Source: the human T2T-CHM13v2.0 reference genome, Homo sapiens
Strand: one strand, 5' to 3'
Assembly: GCF_009914755.1 (NCBI RefSeq)
Contig: NC_060937.1
Length of the DNA stretch: 64,000 nucleotides
Below, in pieces: positions 29,532 to 45,000 of this stretch; within the stretch, counting starts at the first letter, position 1, and each line of letters starts with the position of its first letter. The notes below the pieces were generated by a model. That model had not been told where the DNA came from, searched no databases, and saw only the letters and a list, made by a program, of their open reading frames with translations. Made by a program: the position numbers and the translations under genes.

Positions 29532-30271
29532 TAGGAGATCCTACCCTTGAATGACAAGGGGACACTAAGTCCCTTTCTGCCTCTCTTCCTGCTCTGACCC
29601 TCTCCCACACAAATATACACATGGGCACACACACACACACACGAGCCACAAGAGCACACAAGAACACAGAATTGTGCTCTTCAGAGCCTCCCACCTCGGA
29701 GGACCCCACAGGCTTTCTCCCATGCAACTGTCCCCCGACTGAGCTCTGCTCTCATTTATAATAAACCACCTGTGATGGCAAAGTGCAACAGGAGCCAAAA
29801 AAAGTGGTTTCCTGGGAATTTAGGTTAAGGAAATAATTTAAGAAAAAGTTACACACAATAAGATGTTTAGCTCAGTGTTATTGAAGAAAGAGACTTACAA
29901 ACAGCCTCGCTGCCCAGCAATGAGGTGTGAATCAGTGTAGCACAGCACCTGCATGTTATACAGTTGTAATTATTATGAAAGATAATTAAAATCATGAACG
30001 TTTACTGAGTGTTTAGTTTATTTAGTTAGCACTGCTCCCAGTTGATTGTCTCAGTTCACCCTCACAATAATCCTAAGGGGTAGGCGCTATTACTCTCCCC
30101 ATTCTATAAATGGAGAAACTGAGGCACAGAAGGCTCAGCCTCCTGCCCAGGGTCCACAGGCCAGGATTCTAACCCAGGTGGTCCGGCTCCAGCATCCTTG
30201 ATCATTTCAAAAGTTTCATAGCAATGTGGAGAACATTCAAGACCCAGTGTTGGTTAAAAAGCAAAATAGGA

Positions 30272-30537
<266 letters not shown>

Positions 30538-31600
30538 GCAGAATAGGAAGTGATATGTATACTACGACTGAATGGAAAACAGTAAGTGTGTGGACAAGGA
30601 TGGCAGAATTAAATGCAAAAATTAACATCTTTTGTGATAAAGTTCTCTCTCATGCTCTTTTATTTTACCATGTCTTTTCAATTTACTTAAATATGTTTAA
30701 TTCCCTGCTCACATCCTTGTGCTGCCAGGGCGTAAGGCCAGAGAAGCAGCTCCCAGTGCAGGCTGATTGTCCTCTAAGAAAAAGGGGCAGTTGGCTCAGT
30801 TGCTCAGAGCACAGAGTCCAGAGCCAGGCTGCTTGGGTTCAAATCCAAGCTTTCCATGGAGCTGCTAGGGTTCTATTTCAATGCAATCCACATTGCATTG
30901 GGTAACTGGGTGGATGGTGGCTTCACCCCTCATAAGTATGTGACCTTGCCCAACTTCTCTGAGCCTCAGTTCCCTCACCTGTGAAATAGGGAATAATAAT
31001 AGAACTGTTAGGAGGAGTCGGTGAGGATTTGCTAAAGCACTTAGAACAGAGCCTATCACAAAGTGTGTGCATATTAAACAAATAAACAGCTGGGACAAAA
31101 ACTATCCCCTTAAGGGTGGTCTGCCAGCTCCTCTTTCTGACACTGCATGAAATTTTAACTGCAGCCCTACAAAGACCATACCTTGAATATTGTTTTCTAA
31201 GCAAAGGCTCAGTGAGAGATTCAGCTCAGCAGCGGGGCAGGGTGGGGACTGGGGGCGACAATGTGCAGGATCTCCCATCACAGCACATACTCCTTCCAAG
31301 GGTCTGCCTGGGGAGGGAATGTCTAATAATTCCTAGGAAATGGCCCCAAACAGAACCAGGAGCAGCATCCCAACCTGTTCAGAAAAGAATAAAAAGCAGG
31401 GTCTTCAGCAACAGCTGGTTATAAACACATATCAATTTGCAATGAACATATTTTAATAAATACTCTACCAACCCAACTCCAGAGATGACTCACTGCCCCC
31501 ACCTCCCCTGACTGGTCACCCAGGTGTCAGGACTTCTGAGTTCTCACTTTCCATTTCCCTCTCCACACCCTCATCCCCCAGCAGGGGTTGTCATTGTCGC

Positions 31601-31703
31601 CCCCATACCCAGCCCTACAGAGCCTCTGACTCTGGCCCTGTGAGGTTATCTTAAAGACTCTAGGTCTAGGATTTTTATAAAATGACCATATCGCTCAACA
31701 GTC
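31601..31703 (+). repeat. Local direct duplication, copy A
   Basis: 96/103 identical to 32884-32986 without gaps. Confidence 0.93.
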
Positions 31704-31857
31704 CCCAAAAGTTGAGAGCAGCTCCTGGTGCCTTGGGTCCCTGACAGCACAAGGAGCTGAGACAGGGAATTAAATATTCTTAAGTAGACTAAAAAGATAT
31801 TGTAAGATGAAGAGAGAGACCACCTTAAGCAAAAAGACCTGCATTTTCGCATTTTAA

Positions 31858-32181
<324 letters not shown>

Positions 32182-32499
32182 TAAAGGGAGAGGAAGCCTG
32201 GGCCTGAGGGCAGGAGAGAGGAGGCCAGGTCCCTGCTCCTAAGGGATCGGGATGTGTTTCCGCAGGGTCCATCTGCTGGACTGGGCATGCATGGCGGAAG
32301 GAAAGACTAAGGTGCCCGGAGACTTTAGAGAGGAGTGTGGGACAGTGTGCTCTGACAGGACAGTGAGGACACAGATGTGGAAGAGAAACTCAGTTTCATG
32401 CCTGACATTTCCTTCTGCACTAGTAGAGTTTGGACCAAACTGCCACCCTGGCAGGCACAATAGGCCGGGATTGAATGGCTGCTCCTTTAAGATCGGGTA

Positions 32500-32852
32500 C
32501 AGTAGTACCCTGTACCCTTATCCATGATTTTGCTTTTTTGAGGTTTCAGTTATCCGCATCAGAAAATATTAAATGGAAAATTTCACAAATAATTCTCAAG
32601 TTTTAAACTGCACGCCCTTCTGAATAGTGTGGTGAAATTTCCTGACGTCCTTCTCTGTTCCACCTGAGATATGAACCATCCCTTTGTCCAGCATCCCCAG
32701 GCTGTCTACAGTATGCCCGTTGGTCACTTAGTAGCCATCTCAGTCATCAGATCGAGAAAACATAGTATATGCAGGGCTCGTTACCATCCACAGGTTCAGG
32801 CCTCTACTGGGGTTCTTGGAGCATATCTGCCAAGGATAAGGGGGCACTACTC
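32500..32852 (+). mobile_element. MER44A-like Tigger MITE
   Basis: TA|cagtagtaccc...cttatcc...gaaaatattaaatggaaaa ... ggataagggggcactact: terminal inverted repeats. Confidence 0.8.
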
Positions 32853-32883
32853 TATGTGGTTCTGCATGTGCCATCGTCCCCCC

Positions 32884-32986
32884 CCCCATACCCAGTCCTA
32901 GAGAACCTCTAACTCTGGTCCTGTGAGGGTATCTTAAAGACTCTAGGTCTAGGATTTTTATAAAATGACCATATCGCCCAACAGTC
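32884..32986 (+). repeat. Local direct duplication, copy B
   Basis: Shares atcttaaagactctaggtctaggatttttataaaatgaccatatcgc exactly with copy A. Confidence 0.93.
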
Positions 32987-33117
32987 TTTGGCCTGAAACC
33001 GCCTCCTGAGGGTGAGGTGGATGCTCGGTTTTATTGTTTCCAGTCCTCTGAGCCAGCCTCTCTCAGGGTCCGACACTGGTTCATTCTCCTGGCTCCTGGG
33101 ACAGAGCTGACCTCTGA

Positions 33118-33333
<216 letters not shown>

Positions 33334-33487
33334 TGAGCAGCTGAGTCCCCCTCACAGGTGCTGTGCAGCCAGCAGTCAGAAGAGCGTGGATTTGCACACA
33401 GGTGGTCTGCCTCCAGGGTCTGTGCTTAGCCACTGGGATGACTTGTTTAATATGTATCCCCAGAAGTTAGACCAAGAGGAAGTGACC

Positions 33488-33560
33488 CTAGAGTTTGAGT
33501 TCATTTCAGAGCCACTGCTGGCTAGCTCACAGCACAGACTGAAATGAACTAACTTCCCAG
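33488..33560 (-). ncRNA. MIR5693: pre-miR-5693 hairpin
   Basis: Perfect 12-bp inverted repeat AGTTCATTTCAG (33498-33509) / CTGAAATGAACT (33539-33550) within a longer imperfect stem. The reverse complement of 33497-33518 is GCAGUGGCUCUGAAAUGAACUC, which I recognise as mature hsa-miR-5693. Confidence 0.88.
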
Positions 33561-35539
33561 AGTCTTTCCAAGACAAGATATTCTGCCTTCACTGGGCTGG
33601 AATGGAGCCCCCCAGGACCCCCTGATCCAGCCCTAGGCTGGACCAGTTTTTGGAAAGGAAATGCTCGTGGTTCCCTTGTAGGAACGTTGCCCAAATCTTA
33701 TCCCATCCTAAGAGTATACAACTGTCATTTTTCCAAAACCAAAGAGATAAGATGACTTACGTAATTGAGCAAGTACAGATAAAATTCTGATCAGACGCCA
33801 AATTAAGGCATAAAATTTTGACACTTTAAGTCTCTGTGCAGAAGGTTCTCATTCTTTCTAAATGGAGGTGAACTCTCCTTTAAGAAGACCCAATAGGTAC
33901 AAATACAAATCAAAAAGTGAAGTGGTGGCATTCTATGTTGCTTTTTCAAAACAAAATCTATTAGCAAAACTCATAACTTTACAAAAAGACTCCTCTTAGG
34001 GCTTCTTTAAATGATGAGCTTCTGTGATGTATTTGAAATCAGAGTAAATTTATAACCATTTTTTGACCAGCATTAAGCAAGGAATGTTGTCCAGTAGCCA
34101 CTAGATGCCTTGGCCTCTCTCCACTGCCTGGGCTTCCAGTAGGCAAAGGCAAAGTCCTTGGCAGTACTCCCTTGAGGAGTTAAAAGTAAATCTATGCACT
34201 AGAAGGAAAAAATACAAAGAGAGACCCAGTAAGTTAAGGGCCAAGGTCTAAAGTGAGATCTGGCATAACCCAGGGCAAAAGGTGCACTTAACTCTAAGGT
34301 AAAGTGTATCTCTCAAAACTAAATATTTGGACCCCAAACCAAAACCCAAATACTGGATATTTCAACAGATCTCTCAGGGAGGGAGCAGAAGCAACCCTAA
34401 TCTTCCTATTATATTTGAGAGAAACTCAGCAAGGGAAGGAAGAGCAGCGTTCCGTGTCAAAAGTAGAGAGAAAAAGGAGGCTGGTGCGAGAATTCGCCAC
34501 AACCTTTTTGGGTTTAAGAGACAGATGGTGGGACTCATCCTCGAGCAGTTCTTCCCTGGAAGAGACCCCGGGGAAATTCCCAGCTCCACTGAGAACTCTC
34601 CACCGTCCTGATTCTGCTTTTAGGAGTCTCAAACCCTCAAGCAGTTTGAAAACTGAAAAACACTGGCAGGCAGGGAAGGCAAGGCAAGGCAGAAATCTTA
34701 GTAACACAACTATTAGTTAGCACTTAACCTCATTCTGATAATTTTTTTTAAATCTCCTTAAGACTACCAAGACTGCTGTCCAAGGAGGATAGAGGTTTTT
34801 AGGAAAATGAAGTTATTTCACAAGTAAAACTAACCAAGTTTTTTTTGTTTGTTTTTAAGCTAGCTTTAAATCCTTTGGGGAACAAAACAAAAAAAGTAAA
34901 AACTCTCTTAGGTCTAGATTTAGGTATAAACTTTGGATCACGGTAGACACAAAGTCAGCTTTTAGGCAGGGATTTACCTCTCATTCTCTCAAATCACTCA
35001 TTCTTCTTTTAGTATGACTTGCTCTGCAGTCAGCAGGCATTTTTCGTTTAACAAGAGCAAAAAAATTTTGCACACTGTGGGTAGCAATGCAAAATTGTGT
35101 GACTATGAGATGTGCTTTCAGGTTAGACATCACCAAGCAGTGCACTAGTAGATTCTGGACGAATTATGGTGTCTAGCTTCCAAAGTAACCTTTTATTTAT
35201 AAATAAATAAAAAAAGTGCATAGGGACTGTTAATCTTCATGAGGGACGCTTAGCATACTAAAGGAATAATCAAGAAAACCAAGAATGTGTTAAGGGTTGT
35301 TTATAACCACAATCATATGATGTCCCACAAGAAAGACTAATAATGCCAAATATGTATGTAATGAATAAAACATTTGATTATTAGGTCAACATAGAAGGCT
35401 GAGCATGAGCATGTTTTGATATTAGATATAATATATATCTTCTTAAAATCCACCAGATCCCACATATTCAAAATGAGTTTTGCCCTTCCTCCCAGGAGCT
35501 GCTGATTATCATGGTGTGTGGTTTATGCTTTTCTAGGAG

Positions 35540-38015
35540 TGTTTCTTTTTTAAAAAATCAAGATATAATTCACATATTATAAAATTCACCATTTTAAAGT
35601 ACACAATTCAGAGGTTTTCAGTATGTTCACAAAGTTGTGCAACCATCACTACTAATTCCAGAACCTTTTCATCACCTCAAAAAGAAACCCCATATCCATT
35701 AGCAGTCACTCCCAGCTCCCCTCCCCACCTCCCAGCAACCTCTGATCTATTTGCTCTCAATAGATTTGCCTATTCGAGAATTTCATGTAAGTGAAATTAT
35801 ACAATTACATATTGTACAATTATACAATATGTGGCCTTTTGTGTCTGGCTTCTTTGCCTAATATTTTCAAGGTTCATAGTAGCATGAATCAATACTATCT
35901 TCCTTTTTATGACTGAATAATATTCCATTGTATTGATATAGTACATTTTGTTTACCTATTCATCAATTTATAGATATTTGAGTGCCTAGACACATTTTGG
36001 CTTGTTTTAACTTCTTGGCCACCAGAAACAATCAAGTGCACATTTTTTTGTGTATATATATTTTCAATTATCTTGGATATACACCTAAGAATGCAATTAC
36101 TAGGTCATGTGGTAACCCTACATTTTACATTTTGAAGAACTATCAAACTGTTTTCCAAGTCACTGCACCATTTTACATTCCTACCAGTAATGTGTGTGGA
36201 ATCCAGTTTCTCCACATCCTTGTCAACACTTGTTAATGACCATCTTTTTATTTTAGCCATTCTAGTTGGTGTGAAGTAGTATCTCATTGTGGACTTCATT
36301 TGCATTTCCCTAATGACTAATGAGGTAGAGCATCTTTTCATGTACTTGGAGAAATGTCTTTTTTGTAGAAATGTCTATTTCAGAGGTTTTTCCCATATTT
36401 AAATTGGTTGTCTTTTTATTATTGAGTTGTAATAGTTCTTTATTCTGGATACTAGTACCTTAACAGATATATGATTTGTAAATACTTTGTCATTCTGTGG
36501 TTTTTCTTTTCACTTCTCAATGGTGTCCTTTGAAGCACAAAAGTTGTTAATTTGGATGAAGCTCAATTAATCTATGTTTTCTTTTGTTTCTTGCGCTTTC
36601 GATGCCATATTATATTGAATAGACACCACTGTCTAGTTAGGGTCACAAAAATTTAGGTGTATGTTTTTTTTCCAAGAACTTTATAGGCTTAGCTCTTACA
36701 TTTAGGTCTTTAATCCATTTTGAATTAATTATTGTATATAGTATGAGGTAGGGATTCAACTTCATTCTTTTGTGTGTATCTATCCCTTTGTCCCAATATC
36801 ATTTGTTAAAATGATTTTTCTTTCCTCCACTGAATTTTCTTGGCATCTTTGTCAAAATCAATTGCCCATAAATGTCTAAGTTTATTTCTGGACTTTCAAT
36901 TCTATCCTATAGGCATAGATATTTGTATATTTGCCAGTACCACACAGTCTTCATTACTGTAGTTTGAGTCCTTCAACTTTCTTCTTTTTCAAGATTGTTT
37001 TAGCTATTCTGGGCCCCTTGCATTTTCATATAAATTTTAGAATCAGCTTGTCAATTTTTGCCAAAAATGCAGGAGGGATTTAGACAGGGATTGTGTTGAA
37101 TCTGCAGATCAATTTGGTGAGTATTACTTTCTAACAATATTAAGTGTTCTGGGCCATGAACTCAGAATATCTTTCCTTCCATTTAGGTCTTTCTTTGTTT
37201 CTTTCAACAATGTTTTGTGGTTTTCATTATGCAAGTCTTGCACTTCTTTCATTAAATTTATTCTAAGTATTTTACTCCTTTTAATTTTTACTCATTTTCA
37301 GATTGTTCTATAGCGTATACAAACACAATTGATTTTTGTATCTTAATCTTGTATGCTGTACCTTACTGAACTCATTTATTAGCTCTGATAGGTTTTTTTT
37401 TGTGTGTGTGGATTCTTTAGGGTTTTCTATGTATAAGACCAAGTCATCTGTGAATAGAGATAGATTTACTTCTTTCTTTCTAACCTGGATGCCTTCTATT
37501 TCTTTTTCTCATTTAATTGTCCTACTCGCCCTCCAGTACCATGTGAAATAGAAGGGGTCAGAGTGGACATTCTTGTCTTGTTCCTGATCTTAGGGGGAAA
37601 GTTTTCAGTCTTTTACTGTAATGTGTGATATTAGCTGTGGGGTTTTTGTAGCTGCCCTTCATCAATTTAAGGAAGTTACCTTCTATCCAAAGTTTGTTGT
37701 ATGTTTGATGTTTGTTTGTTTTTAGTCATGAAAGGGTGTTGGACTTTGTCAAATGCTTTTTCTGCATCTATTGAGATGGTGATGTGGCCTTTGTCCTTTA
37801 TTCTATTAATATGGTATATTATATTAATTGGTTTTCATATGTTGAACCCACTTTGCATTCCTGGGATAAATCCCACTTTGTCATGGTGAGATTTATATGG
37901 TATTGGATTTAATTTGCTAGTATTTTGTTGAAGATTTTGCATCTATATTCATAAGGTATATTGGTCTGTAATTTGTCTTTCTTGTAATATCCTTGCCTGG
38001 TATTGGTAAAGGGTA
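35540..38015 (-). mobile_element. L1 fragment (L1MB-like), antisense in SERPINE3 intron
   Basis: T-rich reverse L1 3'UTR/ORF2 motifs: tgcatttccctaatgactaatga, tttttctgcatctattgagatg, cctgggataaatcccactt. Confidence 0.9.
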
Positions 38016-38239
38016 TTTTTTTACTCAAGTTATTTTTGTAGCATTTCTGCTGGATCTGCCTTCATAGCCATACAAGACAATCACTCTAATCTTTTATAGT
38101 CATATCTCACTTTTACTGATGTTTTTAGTTTATGAAAAATGATATTATCCAGTTTTATTACCCACCATAATCATATTTAGTTTCAAATAGCCCTTAATTA
38201 ACTCTTTCTCAACATAATTGAAAAATAATTTAAAAATCA

Positions 38240-38490
38240 CAATGGTAACAATAAGTGCATGGGCTGTGCTGGGGATTGTTCCAAGCACTTTACAAGGATT
38301 CATTCATTTAATCTTTACAACCCTACAAACACGCATTACAATTATGGTCATTTCACAAGTGAGGACTGTGACAAAGAGAAGCAAAGTAACTTCCCACGGA
38401 GGTAAAGTAACTAGTTTGCAGGTAGTTACTTGATCCAGGATTCAAACTCAGGCATTGGATTCCCAAGTCCATGCTCATAACCACTGTTTC
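38240..38490 (-). mobile_element. MIR SINE
   Basis: aagcactttaca...tcatttaatctttacaac...catttcacaagtgaggactg...ccaggattcaaactcagg. Confidence 0.65.
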
Positions 38491-39139
38491 AGCATTTAGA
38501 GTTTTCAAAAAGGATGTGTTTTCAGTACTTAAGAAAATTTCGTAAGAGATAGTCCAAAAGTTTTTTGGAGAAATGTCAGCATACTTGGAGAAAGTATATT
38601 TCTTTTTTGGAAACTATTCTGAAGATTCAAAACATACCTTTATGAGAAAGTATGATACTTTTGTTTAAAGTATGAGTCATACTGTCTTGTATAGCAATGA
38701 AGACCTTTGATATTAAATGGTCTTGTTCAATATTTTTACTCTCCTGCAAGTTCTGTATTATTTATAGAAAAAGACCATCTAATTTCCATTTTGATCTTTT
38801 TTATTTTCAAAGAAAAATAATATCAGCAGCCCTTTTAAAGTATCCTTCAACAGTAAATTTTTAAATGCCTTGTCCCTGGGGAAATATAAAATTGGTGTAG
38901 TGATTCTTTGTGCTCAAAGGGTTTACTAGGAAAACCAAGGCTTTAAGTTCCATTCTTTTCCCACTGTGCTCCAAAGGCATAAAGTGCACACAGCAAATAT
39001 GAAAATATATTTTATCCAGTATAAACACTCTATTAAATAAAATACTCTATTAATTGTCAATAAGGCAATTAGTCAACAGCCTCTTTTCTGCACCTACTAT
39101 ATGTGAGATGCCACACGAGATGGGAGGTAGCAAAATGTA

Positions 39140-39365
39140 GGTGACTAGAGCATGGGCTCTGCACACACACAGGCTTGATTTGAATCGAGGTCCATCACAT
39201 ACTCATTATGTCATCTTGGGCAAGTTTCTTAAACTCTTTAAGTCTTGATTTTCCCATCTGTAAAATGAGGATAATAATAACATAGTTATATGAAGATGAA
39301 ATGTCTGATAATCCACATAAAGCTCTTATAGTATCTAGCATAATGTAAGCACTCATTAAATATTA
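39140..39365 (+). mobile_element. MIR SINE
   Basis: tcatcttgggcaagtttcttaaactct...ttttcccatctgtaaaatgaggataataat. Confidence 0.75.
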
Positions 39366-39393
39366 ATTTTTATTAAGAAATACAAATGAATTG

Positions 39394-39527
39394 GAGCCTG
39401 GCACAGTGGGGCACACCTGCAGTCCCAGCTACTCGGGAAGCTAAGGCAGGTGGATCACTTGAGGCCAGAAGTTTGAGTCCAGCCCGGGCAACATAGGGAG
39501 ACCCCATCTCAGAAAAAAAAAAAAAAG
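39394..39527 (+). mobile_element. Alu monomer (FLAM-like) with TSD
   Basis: agcctggcacagtggggcacacctgcagtcccagctactcggg...A-tail, flanked by aaatgaattgg on both sides. Confidence 0.85.
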
Positions 39528-39922
39528 TGTTTAAAAAATGAATTGGGATAGCCACTTTTCTCAGGTAGTTTACAATAACATAAATGACACTAATAGGAAG
39601 CAGAATGTTCTATATATCGTAAGAGCAGAACAAGGTATTAATGGGGCTTTAAGAACCAAAGGTCACAAAATAGCTGAAGAAAAGAGGAGGAGGTAACAAC
39701 TGAAAAATGGATAATAACTAAAAGACAATCAAAGTCAATGGGAAGACTTAGAATGAACAGCAGGAACAAGAGTACAGAGGTGGGGAAGAGCCCTGTGTGG
39801 TCAGATTAGGGCTTATGGGAAGGCGCCATGGAAGATGAAGCTGGAAATAAATCTGGTGGAGCCAGCCTGACTTCCAAGTTAGGGATTTTGGACTTCATGT
39901 GGTGTGTATGAAAGTATATTGA

Positions 39923-40129
<207 letters not shown>

Positions 40130-41424
40130 TAAGGGATTCTCATTTCAGAGTCAACATTACGTAAAAGAATAAGAAAGGTGCTCTGTTTTATATAAGAATG
40201 TGTTGCTTCTAATAACAGTCAAATTTGGGTTAGATCTTGTGAGGAAGGGATGTTTCTTCAGGCCTTAATCATGGTTTTCAGAGACGACCTTCACCATGGG
40301 GTCAATGTCCACAGCACACAGTAAACAGACCCTCCCTCTAACCGTCATGACTAGGAGTGTACCCAAGGCATTGCTGCAGCAATAGATTCTTCATTATGAC
40401 CTCCTGCTGTCCCATCAGCTTCAGTCACCCTTTGTTTCTACACCCTTTTCCTCCCTCCTTCCCAATACCTTCTCTGTCCTCTTCTAATAAGCTAGTCTTG
40501 AAACCTTCCCTCATCTGTCCAATTTCCTTTTTTCAAATTACCCATACTCTTACAACCTTGCCTTAAAATGTTCTCCTTTCCACCAACCACATTGAATTTC
40601 TTTGCACAAAGTTGAATTGCTACTACCAATCAATAGGTGCTGTTTGCTTATGGTATTATAGGAAATTTATATCAAATATAAACAGGGAGTGAATGCCAGA
40701 ACCTATGTTCTACAATCCTCTCAAGACACCATTGGCTAAACTATTGCCAACTCAAAGGCTCAGGTTTGTTTCTACTCTGGATAGTAAATTATCTGTGCAA
40801 AGATGATACTGTAGCTGGTATTTCCATTGGCCTTGACATTTCCCTTACCTGAAGGGCTTGAAAATCACTATTTTGAATTCTAGAACATCATAATGTGGAC
40901 TTTTCTAAATCTTGGCTCAGAATCTTCCTTCTTAAGGAATCACAGGAAAATTGAGATTTTGATCCACAAGAGAAGTCTTGGTTTGGGCTTTAGATGTGAC
41001 CAGATTGACAGTTACTTATCAAATAAAACACAGGAGTGAGAATCTATTCTACAGAGTTTAAAATCTACCAGCTCTGTACTCATTGCCTGAACACGCAAAG
41101 AGATAGCAAAGCAATAGTCAAGTTTGGGCATTGTGTCCACAACGATGCTTGGCACACAGTTGGATACCAAGTAAATACTGTTGACTTGGTCAAATGACTC
41201 AAACAGAAACTTTCCTTACTGACACAGGCATAATCTGACATTTCAAGCAAAGGAGGAATACTGAAGTGAAAAGATTGGAGGGCAAGGAAAGAGCAAGGGA
41301 TGAAGAACTTAAGAGAATTCTATGTTTGATAATGTGCAAAATCTAACCAGTGTCTTCTTGCAACTCCAGAGCTCAGCCATGGCATCCCTGTTGTTGCTGG
41401 TGATTTTGATGATCAGAGTTAAAA

Positions 41425-41472
41425 ACTGTATTTTCTTCTACATCGCTGTATTTTCTTCTACATCACTGTATT
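41425..41472. repeat. 20-bp tandem repeat, ~2.4 copies
   Basis: (a/g)ctgtattttcttctacatc twice, then actgtatt. Confidence 0.9.
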
Positions 41473-41898
41473 CCGTGAATCACTAGGGCTTACTGACTGT
41501 CCCTTCATAACTCCTAAAGCTCTCCCTTTTATGTCCTAAAAGTACATCCTAATGTGCCATCAACCCTCTGTCCTCAAACAGGACTGATCTTAACACACAT
41601 CATGTAGCTCCCCTATTGGTAAAGGCTTCCAAGGTCCACAAACTCCTCTGGCAAGATCTAATAAATAACCTAGTTTTAAAAGTACCTTTTTTGATACGAA
41701 ACCTTTTTTTTTTTTTAACGCTATTCAAATCTACTTATATTTGCTCAAACCAGCAGAAAGGTAGGCAGGCAGATCTGGCTTATTTAATAATTATGAAGCA
41801 ATTATCATGTGCCAAGTATGAAGCTTGCATTCACATTTCCTACTGACAAAACATGCCAGTCTGTTAATTTTCTCTCATGAAGTTTTGTTCCTCTAAAG

Positions 41899-42096
41899 CA
41901 GGGGTCAGCAAACAATGGCCTACCACCTGCTTTTGTAAAGTTTAATTAAAACATAGCCACTCTCATTCATTCATAAATCATCTATGGCTGCTTTCCTGCT
42001 ACAGCAGCAAAACTGAGTAGTTGAGACAGACACCATATGGCTTGCAGTGGCTAAAATATTTAATATCCGGCCCTTTATAGAAAAAGATTGCCAACC
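41899..42096 (+). mobile_element. MER58A-like hAT-Charlie MITE
   Basis: caggggtcagcaaac...ccggccctttatagaaaaagattgccaacc. Confidence 0.8.
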
Positions 42097-45000
42097 AAAT
42101 TATTGCTTCTTAATGTCCTTCTTTAAACATAATCAAGAGACTAACCACTTCTCTGCCCAAATGGGCTTTCAACTTAATATTCTAGAGACAGGGCCACCAA
42201 ATCTCTCCAACAAATAGTTTCCTCATTCCTAAAATGGGGTAACTACCACTCACCACACATCTTAATTGTAGAAACAAAATCATTTACTTATAGTATGACA
42301 TCAGCAGAGACCTTGCCAGAGAGTAAGTGATCAGAAAATACTGGCCTCTCCTCTCTTCTTCCAGTTTACGAGGGATTACCAAGCAGTTTTGTACTACTGA
42401 TGGAACTCCAACCACCACAGCAAACATTTGGCCTTTCGGTCCCAAAGCCCAGAATCATTTTACTCAAATTCTCTTTCCCCATTTACAAGTCACTTATCTC
42501 TTCCTTCTTGGCATCAAATATTTTTTTTGCTGCCTTAAGGACTCATTCAATATTATCTCAAGGCCCAGCTGAAACCAGAGTGTAGTTCCCCCCCAGTCTC
42601 CTTGATACTAGATGTTATGCAGCTTTTAAGAGTAATTCCAGTTTCACTCACACTGAAGATGCCAGCTAAAGATACTCTTCTTAAGCAATCCCACTGGCTT
42701 TAGGATCAGCAGGCTTTGATATAGACCCATGCCTCCTAGTCCACAAAATACTCCTTGTGCACAAACTTGAAACTCTGAAGAAACTGTCTTGTTCTTGGCT
42801 TTTATAAGTAGGTAGTTTCCAATCTCTGCTCGGTAAGAAGTACAAGTTCTCTGTTACTATGACTTAAATGAACAAACCAGAGTTGTTTGGTTGAGTATGG
42901 AAGTTATGTAAGTTAACTTATGCCACACCAGATGTCTGGTCAGAATTGCAATAGAAAGAGGTGCAGAGTGGGCTAGAGGAGACAAATGGAGAAAGCAACT
43001 AACCATAGCCTAATTTCAAAGGCCATTTCAGATTCTTCTTAGCACTCTCTCTCCCTCTCCTGGGCCGGGTGCTATGTGTTTCTCTCTCTAGCCCCCTCTC
43101 CCTAACACTTAGTGTTAGCAACTAAGTGACAAGATGAAAAAGATAAACTAGAAGCAAGTTCTGGCAATAACATTTTAAAAGCCACTAACACTGGCTACAG
43201 CAAATAATTGTAAAGACAAAAGAAACAGCAAATGATATGTTTATCCTGATTTATGAGAAGCTGAGGATGAAATGTTGGGACACAATGTTTATACAACGTC
43301 ATGTTTTGAAGACTTTTAACCTTTTGAGTATGACCAGCCATACACAAAGAATAACGGTGTCCACCAACAAAGCACTGAAACAATCATTTGGCTGAGACTT
43401 GCAGATGACCCATTCTATGCCACGCCTTTATGGTTCTACAAACACCAATCAGCATTTCCTTACAAGTTTAACAAGGTTAAAGAACATTAAGGCCATTCGT
43501 ATAGTGGTAAGGGGTGTCTATTATTAATTCATCCAGCATTTACTAAACACATTAATGTACCAAGTATTTTTAATGTAAGTTGGGCAAAGAAATATTTAAA
43601 ATGATTAAGACATCATTTATGCTTCTAGGAGCTAATAGTCTAAAAAGGAAGGTAAAAACCCATAGAAGATGTTATGGAAGAAGAGTGGAGAGTATGCCAG
43701 GAGGGAGGGTAGGAAGAGTATCACCCCTTTGCTTTGTATATAGAATGTTGTATTGTAGGAGCAAGCGAGTTTATGGTGGGCTACAGTTTCCCAAAGTATG
43801 TTCCCAAAATGCTAATCCTGTAAATCTGGGACAGAGAATGGTGTGGGTGGTTCTATGGTTAAACGCTATGTATTATAATTGTCCTGTAGAGATTCACTAT
43901 AAAAGTTAGCAGATTAGCAGCTCTAAGAAGTCCCCTACTGAAAACAAAAGTGCAAAACTGTTTAGCATCTCCCACATATAATTAATCATGGAACCCTTTT
44001 ACAGAATGCCACCTATAAACAATCTTGAGAACAACTTTTGGGAAAATAGGGCGTATGTCCCTCAATGGCACTAAGCAGCTGTCAACACTTCAGGGGAGTA
44101 GAAAAAGACCAGGAGAATCCCTTTGTGCTTGACTTCTAGGTTCATTTCATTAGTTCTGTAATATTTCAATAGCTACTCAATAAAAAATAATAGGAATCTG
44201 TAATACAAGATCAAGTGGGAGGAAAAATGCAAAACCATAGATGACTCCCATATTCTCATTTTTATCGCATATGTTGGTCTTTTGAAATGTCAACTCTTAC
44301 CAGAGATAAAATTTAAAAGATGCTGATGCTGGGGCATGACATAGGCTATGGACCTTGGTTTATGGCTGTGCAAACATATAAATGTCAATTATTGGACCAC
44401 TCCTATAGTCTGATGGAGAGAAACTGTTTAAATGAAACTCTTCAGTTGCAGTTTCAAAATACTGAAATAGCCTGGCCCATCTAACCAGACTCATCCACAT
44501 CAACTGGTCTCATTTCTCACACTGCCAAGGTGCCCAGACTAATACAGACACATTTACTGTATTTTAGCTGATAAGGGGTTTCATAGTGAATCTCTGCTTA
44601 TTTCACCAACATTCATTTAAAATGTTCAGACACCATCCTATATAGTCATGAAGTCTCGGAGATTAGTAAAAGCCTCTCATGACTGTCAAATAACCATTCT
44701 TTAACCCTAAAGCTCTTTGTAACTTTGGCACTGCATTTCAGTTTGCTTAATTAGCTAGTAAGAGGGGCTAATTATTGATAGTGAAATTTGTTTCTTAAAG
44801 ACCCTAGAGAAAAAGACCAACTGCTAAAATAAATCAAATTCTTTGCTGATTTTAGGACAAGTGACACTAGTGAATGTTTCTATTGATTTTTACTTCCTCT
44901 GGCCCTTCCTGTCCCCTTCACTGATGCTGGAAAATAACTGTTCCTTACAGTGAATATAGCCAACTCCCAACATCCTGTGCACATCTTACAAGATGGATGG

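Noticed and set aside
34304-34720. 138-aa intronic ORF cluster in SERPINE3
   Set aside because: GTG start, no recognisable domain, and not needed for the serpin reading frame, which is complete without it.
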